IMG/VR virus record: IMGVR_UViG_3300011008_002687
Location: 32,001 to 96,000 of that record
DNA from: a virus
Lineage: Duplodnaviria; Caudoviricetes
Reading direction: 5' to 3' (one strand)
Length of the DNA stretch: 64,000 nucleotides
Shown here: in pieces, positions 18,742 through 25,992 of the stretch
How the letters are laid out: every line of letters starts with the position of its first letter
How positions within the stretch are numbered: the first letter of the stretch is position 1
The notes under the pieces: model-generated
Told to the model about the DNA's origin: nothing
Seen by the model: the letters and a program-made list of their open reading frames with translations, nothing else
The model's database searches: none
Position numbers and translations under genes: made by a program

Positions 18742-19257
18742 TTAAATCCCTGCCCCTACCAAATCGAAGATGCTCATTTGCTTTGCCTCTTCCTGTGCAG
18801 GTTTCTTATTGTCAACCTTACTCTCTGCCTTTTTCTCCGCAGGCTTAGGTTTCTTTACCTTCGGCTCCGACGGATCGGGCAGCTCTTCAATCAACTCGCC
18901 TGTGTTCTCAGCCCACCATTCTGCGAATACCGTTCTGTGACACCAATCTTCCGGGATTCTCACATCCTCATAACAGAGCAGGACTAACTCTTTTCCTTCG
19001 TCCTGGGCTTTCTTATCGAGCCTCTCGACCATGTTTATGATCTTCTCTGTGCCGATGTCCTCTAACTTTCCGTAGTATGCAGGCTTGAAATCTTCAAGGC
19101 TCATGTTCAGCATATATCCCTTCGGTGCCAGGGAGAAACACTGCTCTCTCAGCTCGTAGCCAAGCGGCCACTTTGGTTTCCCTATACTGATCCCTACCGG
19201 ATAATACTTACCACTCTGCAATTCTTTGTTGCTGTACCGACTAACCCAAATAGCCAT
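18742..19257 (-). CDS. DUF488-family protein
   Basis: GISIG.P, LAP, LVLLCYE, WCHR motifs. Confidence 0.75.
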   Translation of the reverse strand: MAIWVSRYSNKELQSGKYYPVGISIGKPKWPLGYELREQCFSLAPKGYMLNMSLEDFKPAYYGKLEDIGTEKIINMVERLDKKAQDEGKELVLLCYEDVRIPEDWCHRTVFAEWWAENTGELIEELPDPSEPKVKKPKPAEKKAESKVDNKKPAQEEAKQMSIFDLVGAGI

Positions 19258-19294
19258 TTCAAATCACTCCTTTAACCAGTTATTCTTTGATAAT

Positions 19295-19323
19295 ATTATA
19301 CCACAATTTTTCCCGTTCTTAAA
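19295..19323 (-). promoter_or_regulatory. Sigma-A-type promoter (extended -10) for the DUF488/tRNA operon
   Basis: Minus strand TGGTATAAT (TGnTATAAT) with weak -35 TTTAAG at 17 bp. Confidence 0.55.
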
Positions 19324-19396
19324 GTCTGCAATATGCTGAATTTTCGCCATTTGTTCAGTATTTCAGACGGCAGAAAACGATATAAAACGGTGGTAT

Positions 19397-19417
19397 TTAG
19401 TAACAAATTAGAAACAC
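19397..19417. repeat. Tandem TTAGWAACA repeat, possible integrase arm-type sites at phage B end
   Basis: TTAGTAACA (19397) and TTAGAAACA (19408), just past the endolysin stop. Confidence 0.4.
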
Positions 19418-19433
19418 GGTTCCGACATCCGGA

Positions 19434-20318
19434 TCAGACCTTCTTCAGGTACAGACTGGACGTGAAACCAGTGTACTTGGTGCCGTTGTAGGTCACCTGA
19501 ATGTACAGCCACTTTCGGCCATTGGACTTGTCCACACTGTAGTAGCCGTAGTTCATGACCTTCAGACCAACAGGCAGGACAACCATGGCCTTGTTTCCGG
19601 TACCGGCACCGTGCCGCATATAAACGGCAGCAGTGGTGACGTACTGTCCGGCCAGCTTCTTGTCAAAGCCCGTGGCATAGCCGGTTGCCCTGACTTCCTT
19701 CACCTTGCCGCTGGTGCTTCCGGATCCTGAACCGGATCCGCTGCCGGAACCAGTTCCGGAACCGCTGCTGGATCCACCAGCCTTGGCACCATCATCAAGT
19801 GCCATGACGGTATGACCGGAACTGACAAGCACGTCACCACGCTTCAGGTAGTCAGAAGATCCGGTGTACTTCTTATCCGTCAGGATTTCATACTTGCCGG
19901 TCTTCTGATAGGCATTCTTCATGGTGCTGCACACCAGGGCATTTCCGGTATATTCCAGTTCCTTGACACCGGCCAGGATAGCCAGCACGGTCTGGAAAGA
20001 ACTGCAATCCGCTTCCGTGGCCACCTTGGACTTGATGTACTTGTCCACGTCATAGCCGTTTGCCTTCAGCTGATCATGCAGCGTGTTCCGCTGGGACTGG
20101 TCATAGCCTACCAGGTTGCTGTTGCACAGCTTTTCACATGCAGCGGCAGACTTTTCTGCCACAGCCGGATCCTTCGGTCTAATGACAACCAGCCAGTCCT
20201 TGTTGTACCAGTAGGAAATCTTCACTTCAAGGCCGGTCTGGTCACCAGCCTTGGCACGTCCGTCCCATCCGGCATTGCCGTTTTCAGAAATGGACGCATG
20301 TCCGATTCTCACAGCCAT
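19434..20318 (-). CDS. Endolysin (CHAP/NlpC-P60-like catalytic domain, GS linker, SH3b-like binding domain)
   Basis: GYDQSQR, ADCSS, GHT catalytic pattern; GSGSG linker; follows holins. Confidence 0.8.
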   Translation of the reverse strand: MAVRIGHASISENGNAGWDGRAKAGDQTGLEVKISYWYNKDWLVVIRPKDPAVAEKSAAACEKLCNSNLVGYDQSQRNTLHDQLKANGYDVDKYIKSKVATEADCSSFQTVLAILAGVKELEYTGNALVCSTMKNAYQKTGKYEILTDKKYTGSSDYLKRGDVLVSSGHTVMALDDGAKAGGSSSGSGTGSGSGSGSGSGSTSGKVKEVRATGYATGFDKKLAGQYVTTAAVYMRHGAGTGNKAMVVLPVGLKVMNYGYYSVDKSNGRKWLYIQVTYNGTKYTGFTSSLYLKKV

Positions 20319-20328
20319 TGTGTTCACC

Positions 20329-20634
20329 TCACTTCTTTTCAAAATAAGCCATCAGCTTGTCAAAGCCGAACATTGCAGCATAGGCCACCATGATGCCCAC
20401 AATGACGAATGCAGCAACCAGATACCATGTCAGCATCATGCCATTCATCTGCCAGTAGGCAATGAACACACCCACCGTCAGAACAATGGACAGGCACAGC
20501 ACAAAGATGTTGATCACCTTGGACGTACTAAGCCAGCTGAAGGATTTCTTCATCACTTCAGTGATGATGTTGACAAAAATGGTCAGAATTCCGACAATGA
20601 TCAGAACCTGACTGATGATAGTTGAATAGTCCAT
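20329..20634 (-). CDS. Holin
   Basis: 101 aa, three hydrophobic segments, AMFGFDK C-terminus, upstream of lysin. Confidence 0.75.
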   Translation of the reverse strand: MDYSTIISQVLIIVGILTIFVNIITEVMKKSFSWLSTSKVINIFVLCLSIVLTVGVFIAYWQMNGMMLTWYLVAAFVIVGIMVAYAAMFGFDKLMAYFEKK

Positions 20635-20652
20635 ATAGACGCACTTCCTTTC

Positions 20653-20976
20653 TTATCCCTTGGGTTCTTCTTCAGATGCAGAAAGATCAGGATCCGGCTG
20701 ATCACCGGATCCCGTCTTCCTGATTTTGAACACGTTTTCAGCGCCTGCCTTGATGAAGTACCCAAAGACACAGGTGATCAGCACGTTGGTGGACAGTTCC
20801 ATGAACGTCCCCAGATTGCTGTAATCACCGGAAACCATCATCACGATTGCAGAATAAAAGAAGGCTATGACGTACAGCACAAAGCACGTGGCCACAACCT
20901 TCTTTGAAAATTCCCACAACCATGACAGCTTGGTCTGTTTCTTCTTTGAATGCTTATCCTTCATCCACAGCGCCAC
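20653..20976 (-). CDS. Two-TM membrane protein (holin-like)
   Basis: Two TM helices; lysis cassette. Confidence 0.55.
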   Translation of the reverse strand: MALWMKDKHSKKKQTKLSWLWEFSKKVVATCFVLYVIAFFYSAIVMMVSGDYSNLGTFMELSTNVLITCVFGYFIKAGAENVFKIRKTGSGDQPDPDLSASEEEPKG

Positions 20977-21277
20977 TTGTTCCTTTCCCTTCCAAGAAGT
21001 TGATCCGTTTCCATGCAGATTTCAGGGATTCATCCAGACGGATGATCTTTTCAGTGTTTCCCTTCACGTCTTCTTTCAGGCTTTTCAGATCATTCTTGAT
21101 TTCAGCAGTGTCACGGCCTATGCCTTCCAGCTTGACAATGACGGTGGTCAGGTCACTGGCTTCCCGTTTGTCATCAGAAGACTTGTTCCTTTTCAGATTG
21201 GCAATACCTGTGTAGATGCTGAAGGCAAGGGAAACAGCGGAAATCAGCAGTGCAATTTCAATAGTCATGTTGTTCAC
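20954..21277 (-). CDS. XhlA/BhlA-like lysis-associated protein
   Basis: N-terminal TM plus coiled coil ending SAWKRINFLE. Confidence 0.55.
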   Translation of the reverse strand: MNNMTIEIALLISAVSLAFSIYTGIANLKRNKSSDDKREASDLTTVIVKLEGIGRDTAEIKNDLKSLKEDVKGNTEKIIRLDESLKSAWKRINFLEGKGTSGAVDEG

Positions 21278-21358
21278 CTTTCCCTTCCGTCAGAAAGTGC
21301 CGTCAGACCTTATATAACGGTCATATACGGCACTTTCCAGCGTACTTGATATTTTCCC

Positions 21359-21493
21359 TTATCCTTCATCAGGAACCTTGTCAGGATAGCCAGCATCAAT
21401 GACAGCCTGTCTGACAGCAGGCTTCAGGGCAGCAGGCACCTGTTCAAAGGTCATCCGGTCATGAATGATCAGGTTGGCATACACTTTTACCAT
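21359..21493 (-). CDS. Small 44-aa CD1375/XkdX-like protein (not in ORF track)
   Basis: MVKVYANLIIHDRMTFEQVPAALKPAVRQAVIDAGY..., RBS GAAGGTG. Confidence 0.7.
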   Translation of the reverse strand: MVKVYANLIIHDRMTFEQVPAALKPAVRQAVIDAGYPDKVPDEG

Positions 21494-21511
21494 GGTTCAC
21501 ACCTTCCTTTC

Positions 21512-21781
21512 TTACACCGTCAGAAGTCCGTAGACTTCCACCAGGCCTTCCTGGGTGTCCAGGATCTGACTTTCAAGATCAGCCTGCTTGTCAGACTGCA
21601 TCTTGATGTATTCATCCTTGTCATACTGCACCAGGTCATATTCATAACCGGTGAAGCCAGGTTCATCATCCGTGCCTTCGGTGTTGATTGCCGTCACGTT
21701 GCTGGCAATCCAAACACTGAATTCATCCACCACAAGGGGTTCAGGCTGCACGGTTGCCTGTACACGTCCATGATTGATCAT
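21512..21781 (-). CDS. Tail-fibre-associated small acidic protein (XkdW-like position)
   Basis: 89 aa from MINHG; YEYDLVQYDKDEYI plus coiled coil; overlaps the RT 3' end. Confidence 0.6.
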   Translation of the reverse strand: MINHGRVQATVQPEPLVVDEFSVWIASNVTAINTEGTDDEPGFTGYEYDLVQYDKDEYIKMQSDKQADLESQILDTQEGLVEVYGLLTV

Positions 21782-22931
21782 TTTCCTTACTTCCTTTCTT
21801 GATGTGTTTGAAATAGTATGCATCAGCGTATGGCTGAAGCGGATCCAGATACTTTTCAGTCAGACGGTGACTGTCACAGTGGATCAGCCAGCCCTTATAG
21901 GAAGCAATGCTGCACCACTCTGAATAGTTCATTTCCTTGCCGGATTCCACCTTCTTCAGCAATCTGGTCATCTTGTCCTTCATCTGATTGCAAGTGGACT
22001 TTCTAAGAAGGGTGTATTCCTTGAAGATCCGGTATCCAACAAAATCCACACCACGCTGATACGTGGGGAAGATCTGATAATTCCCTTTGATCCTCAAATT
22101 CAGTTCAGACTTCAGGTAGTCACCCATAGCTGCCAGGATCCTGTGAAGTTCTTCCTTGGTACTGGCAAACACACAGATGTCATCCATGTATCTGTAGTAG
22201 TGCTTCACGTGAAGCACTTCCTTCATGAAGTGATCAAAGTCCGACAGGTAGAAGTTGCCGTCATATTGTGAAAAGTAGTTGCCTATGGGAATGCCAATAC
22301 CATCAATGAACTGTTCATCCTTTCGCTGAACAATGGCAACGGTCTTTCCCAGTGACCTGTAAAACGCTATGTTTTCATCCGTGGCCGGACAGGTGCTGAT
22401 ACTGTCAATGATTTCATCAATGACCTGAAGCAGTTCAGGATCCTTGTATTTCTTCCGGTACTTTGCCTTCAGGATGTCATGGTCAATGCTTGGATAGAAC
22501 TTCTGACAGTCAATCTTGCAGCAGAACCGCAATTCATCAGGCACGGTGTCCACAGCGTTCCGAAGTTTCTTGAAGGCTGCATGTATTCCTTTATTTGGTA
22601 TGGCTGAATAGGTATCATCCGTAAAGTGTGCCAACAGCTGTGGTTCAATCACCTGAATGATTGCCCATTGTGCTATCCTGTCAGGGAAGAACGGCAGCTT
22701 GTAGATTTCACGGACTTTGTTTCCCTCTTTCCGAAGGAACATTTCATAGCTGGAAGTGTGATAATCATGGTTGATCATCATTTCCTGAAGCAGCCCTAAG
22801 TAGTACCAGATATTCTTTTCAATTTCCCTTACTTCTTGATACCAGCCTTTTCCTTTCTTGGCATTCTTATATGCCCGGTACAGATTGTCCATTGAAACAA
22901 TCTTTTCAAATAAATAACCATAACGCTTCAC
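21741..22931 (-). CDS. DGR reverse transcriptase
   Basis: GTG start after AAAGGA; KRYG N-terminus, PFFPDRI, KIDCQKFYPSI, GIPIGNYFSQ (DGR GxxxSQ), YRYMDD, DFVGY. Confidence 0.95.
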   Translation of the reverse strand: MKRYGYLFEKIVSMDNLYRAYKNAKKGKGWYQEVREIEKNIWYYLGLLQEMMINHDYHTSSYEMFLRKEGNKVREIYKLPFFPDRIAQWAIIQVIEPQLLAHFTDDTYSAIPNKGIHAAFKKLRNAVDTVPDELRFCCKIDCQKFYPSIDHDILKAKYRKKYKDPELLQVIDEIIDSISTCPATDENIAFYRSLGKTVAIVQRKDEQFIDGIGIPIGNYFSQYDGNFYLSDFDHFMKEVLHVKHYYRYMDDICVFASTKEELHRILAAMGDYLKSELNLRIKGNYQIFPTYQRGVDFVGYRIFKEYTLLRKSTCNQMKDKMTRLLKKVESGKEMNYSEWCSIASYKGWLIHCDSHRLTEKYLDPLQPYADAYYFKHIKKGSKENDQSWTCTGNRAA

Positions 22932-23141
22932 AGTGTTTCCTTTGTATGCACTAAGCCGAACCTTCGACACGCACCGGAACCGGTGCATCCTACCAGTACA
23001 GCCTGTTTAGAATTTTGTCAGTGTTTTGCCAAGCGGCACGGTGACACGGTTGCAGTTCAAACTGGATGCAGAACACGCTGCATCACTTATTTATTGAAAC
23101 ACCCACCCGGTGTTGACCGGATGGGTGCTTTTTAGTGCATG
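22932..23141 (-). ncRNA. Structured DGR spacer RNA between TR and RT
   Basis: Closing stem ATGCACTAA/TTAGTGCAT (22946-22954 with 23132-23140); hairpins at 23100-23127, 23065-23084, 22971-22986. Confidence 0.65.
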
Positions 23142-23274
23142 TACTGACTGCCTGGAGATATTCCGATTACGATTAGAAGACGAATTATTCAGATTCCGAT
23201 TGAAGATCCTGGCTTTCAAGGCATTATTCCATTTACCACTGGATTTAGCTACATGCCAACTGGTGTTACCATTT
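23142..23274 (-). repeat. DGR template repeat (TR)
   Basis: 133-bp ungapped match to 23422-23554; 25 mismatches, all at TR adenines on the coding strand. Confidence 0.96.
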
Positions 23275-23382
23275 AGACTTTTTTGCTTTTTTCCAGTAGC
23301 CATGTGTGGTCTTCCACCTATCTTGCAAATAATCCGACTGTATAACCACGTCACCTATAGTTCTATGTTTCAGGCTATTGCC

Positions 23383-25218
23383 TTACGCAGCGTCAAGTTC
23401 CGCCTTCCTGCTGGGAATGAACACCGACCGCCCGGAGACATTCCGACCACGATAAGAAGACGAATAATGCAGATTCCGATAGAAGATCCCGGCCGCCAAG
23501 GCATTAGTCCACATACCACCGGATATAGCCACAAGCCAACCGGCGTTACCATTCCAGGTGTAATCACCAACAGGCAGGGCACTGGTGCCGGAGAATTCCA
23601 CACCAACAAAGATCCAGTCATAGTCTTCACTATAACCAAAAGCGCTGATGTAGTTGCCGCTGGTGTACGGAATACGGATGCCGGTGTCTTCATAGGGTGT
23701 AGCACCGGTGTCATCAGTAAAGCCGTGATCAGCCACATAAACAGTGCCGAACATGCCAGCCGCAAAACCGGAAGGATTCTGGATGTTGAAGCCGTCTTCC
23801 CACTTCCAGATGTTGCCCAACAGGTTTTCCTCACCACGATAGGACACAGCCTTCTGATGGTTGGCATTCTCTGCTTCACCGGAAGCGTTGCCAAGGTTCA
23901 CCGTGGCACCGGTCAGTTCAGCCATGTTGGTGCTGCCGTCATCGGTCTTGTCCACAATGCCCTTGCCAATGACGGTCTGACTGTTGAAGCTGCCGTACTC
24001 AATCAGCATCAGCAGCTGGGTACCGGCCAGCATGACAGCGTTCTGCTGTTCCCAGCCGTTGCCCATGTTGTGTGCCAGCTTTCTGGTGTTCGCCCTGGTC
24101 AGATTCTGTGTCAGGCCGGAAATGGGCTTGGCATTGGCAATGGAAGCCAGCTTGTCACCCGTGCTGACCGTGAAGTCAGCAACCTGATCATCATCCAAGA
24201 TGTAGGCAGAAGCAGACACGTCATACAGGCAGCCTTCAAAGGCAGACTTGTAGATGAAGTCATCAACGGTTTTCCCCTCATTCATAGTGAACTGGGGATG
24301 GATCTTGAAGCCCTTCTTCGGCACGTCAGACACGTAGTATCTGATCTTCTTGGTCTTCCAGCCCTGGCTGACACCGTTGGCATCAAAGACTTCTTCAATG
24401 GACAGCGGCACAACCTTGTAGTAGAACTTCGGCTGTTCCACCATGACCTGAACCATGGTGCCGATAGGATAGGTGACACCGCCTTTTTCCACGGCCTGAA
24501 GCAGTGCACCACCGGTGGTGTATGCAGTGTCACCCTGGTATGCCAGGACAACACCGTCAGCCGTCATGATGCAGCGCTTTCTGCCGCCGAAGGCATTGAT
24601 GCTGTCAAAACCAGCACCACCGGACTTGTTGACTGCACCGGCCAGACGGGTGAACTTCTTGTTGGCAAAGTCCACTTCAACACCATAGATGTCATTGTCA
24701 GAATATCCGACAAAACCCTTCAGGTCAGCAATTTCATCTTCCAGGGCATCAATGTCTTCAACCGTTGCATAGGCACCGGAATAGACGCTGATGTCCACAT
24801 CATCAGAATTGCCAACCGTGGTGTAGATCTGAATATAGGCAGAAGACACGGTGACACCTTTGTATGCAGGCATGTAGCAGAAACCGGAAGTTTCCACACA
24901 CACGGCATACAGGATTTCACCAATGTCAGGATCCGTGGCATACAGGCCAAGGGAACGGAGATAGTACCCGGCAGCCAGTGCTTCATTGGTGAAGGCCGTT
25001 TCAACCTTCACAGAAGTGTGATTGGTGATGGTCACCCTGGTCACGCTGTTGGTCTGCTTGATCTGTTCCAGTGCAGTCAGACTTTCCAGCTGACTTTCTG
25101 CATAGGTCTTGGAAGACGTGCAGACCTTAGTGAAGACCAGGCTTGCCTGACCAGCAATGATCTTGGCAACAAGTGCCTGACCTCTTGTGGTCAAATAAAG
25201 TTTGCTAAATTCAGCCAT
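23383..25218 (-). CDS. Tail fibre/receptor-binding protein, DGR target (tail-collar N-terminus, C-type-lectin-fold C-terminus)
   Basis: N-terminal LTTRGQAL...GLYATDPDIGEILYA; YRGEENLLGNIWKWEDG; VR at 3' end. Confidence 0.9.
   Translation of the reverse strand: MAEFSKLYLTTRGQALVAKIIAGQASLVFTKVCTSSKTYAESQLESLTALEQIKQTNSVTRVTITNHTSVKVETAFTNEALAAGYYLRSLGLYATDPDIGEILYAVCVETSGFCYMPAYKGVTVSSAYIQIYTTVGNSDDVDISVYSGAYATVEDIDALEDEIADLKGFVGYSDNDIYGVEVDFANKKFTRLAGAVNKSGGAGFDSINAFGGRKRCIMTADGVVLAYQGDTAYTTGGALLQAVEKGGVTYPIGTMVQVMVEQPKFYYKVVPLSIEEVFDANGVSQGWKTKKIRYYVSDVPKKGFKIHPQFTMNEGKTVDDFIYKSAFEGCLYDVSASAYILDDDQVADFTVSTGDKLASIANAKPISGLTQNLTRANTRKLAHNMGNGWEQQNAVMLAGTQLLMLIEYGSFNSQTVIGKGIVDKTDDGSTNMAELTGATVNLGNASGEAENANHQKAVSYRGEENLLGNIWKWEDGFNIQNPSGFAAGMFGTVYVADHGFTDDTGATPYEDTGIRIPYTSGNYISAFGYSEDYDWIFVGVEFSGTSALPVGDYTWNGNAGWLVAISGGMWTNALAAGIFYRNLHYSSSYRGRNVSGRSVFIPSRKAELDAA
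23422..23554 (-). repeat. DGR variable repeat (VR)
   Basis: Encodes NGNAGWLVAISGGMWTN...VSGRSV; differs from TR only at TR adenines. Confidence 0.96.
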
Positions 25219-25273
25219 AACATTTCTTCCTTTCTTGAAAACTATGATAGTGTATTATTTCAATGACCATCAT

Positions 25274-25343
25274 CAGGGACACCGTATGCCTTCCCATAAC
25301 CACCTGCAAGCAGGGACACCGTATGGTCTGACATAACCACCTG
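25274..25343. repeat. Two 33-bp direct repeats with a variable 6-nt core in the 5' UTR of the DGR target
   Basis: CAGGGACACCGTATG-N6-CATAACCACCTG at 25274 and 25311. Confidence 0.85.
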
Positions 25344-25362
25344 GATCCGGATCACGGAAACC

Positions 25363-25992
25363 TTAGTGATTATCAGATGTGATCTGATACATTTCTGTGC
25401 TGCTGATGACACCGGCAGACACACCGCCACTTGGCCGGAAGGTTTCACACCAGTCCTGTGTCAAGGTGATCTGTGCATGGGTGGTCAGCCTTGCAGCAAA
25501 GGTATTGTTGCTGATTATGGTGCACATGATCTGATTGATGGAATACACCACGATGTTGCACGGCAGCACTTCATTGAACAGTTCATTCAGTTCATCCACC
25601 TGGCCAAGGTTTTCCAGGTATGTTGTGATGGACAGCAGATATTCTTCAGTGAAACTGCCGCTGACAATGTAGTGATTGGCACCACACAGCACGTTCAGTT
25701 TCTGAAGAAATGTCTTCATGGTGTACGGCAGCAGATTCACCCAGTTCACCTGCACCCTGGATCTTCTGGATTCCAGGTTGTCATGTTCATCTGGGATGAT
25801 ACCCATGATCTTTTCATATCTGCTGATGCCATATTCATCTGCCGTGCTGATGAAATGATTATACAGGCAGTGATCCACGGCATCCCATATCAGGATGAAT
25901 TCCGGATTTTCTGCTTCCAGGGCAGCAACCTGTTCTTTGTATATCTGCAAATATGGGGGAAGGTATGAAACCAGATCAACCTGTCTAACCAT
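25363..25992 (-). CDS. Baseplate protein (XkdU/DUF2313-like)
   Basis: YLPPYL, TADEYGISRYEK, LESRR, LPCN motifs; follows baseplate J. Confidence 0.8.
   Translation of the reverse strand: MVRQVDLVSYLPPYLQIYKEQVAALEAENPEFILIWDAVDHCLYNHFISTADEYGISRYEKIMGIIPDEHDNLESRRSRVQVNWVNLLPYTMKTFLQKLNVLCGANHYIVSGSFTEEYLLSITTYLENLGQVDELNELFNEVLPCNIVVYSINQIMCTIISNNTFAARLTTHAQITLTQDWCETFRPSGGVSAGVISSTEMYQITSDNH

Noticed and set aside
19710-19780. GGATCC/CCGGAA-rich repeats in the endolysin
   Set aside because: Ordinary Gly-Ser interdomain linker
21741-22931. Group II intron or retron RT
   Set aside because: GxxxSQ motif and the adjacent TR/VR pair identify a DGR RT; no intron structure or retron motif seen
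23091-23354. 87-aa ORF between target and RT as possible avd
   Set aside because: It is the TR read in the VR frame (NNSSSNRNRN); no RBS and no Avd-like helical sequence
23370-23894. 174-aa alternative-frame ORF over the VR
   Set aside because: No RBS or motif; the TR adenine pattern fits the 611-aa frame
23110-25266. 718-aa plus-strand ORF and similar long antisense ORFs (30398, 34185, 37637, 57118)
   Set aside because: Mirror frames of real minus-strand genes; explained by codon bias, no recognisable motifs
25274-25343. Mini-CRISPR array
   Set aside because: Only two units 4 bp apart, no spacer-sized sequence and no cas genes
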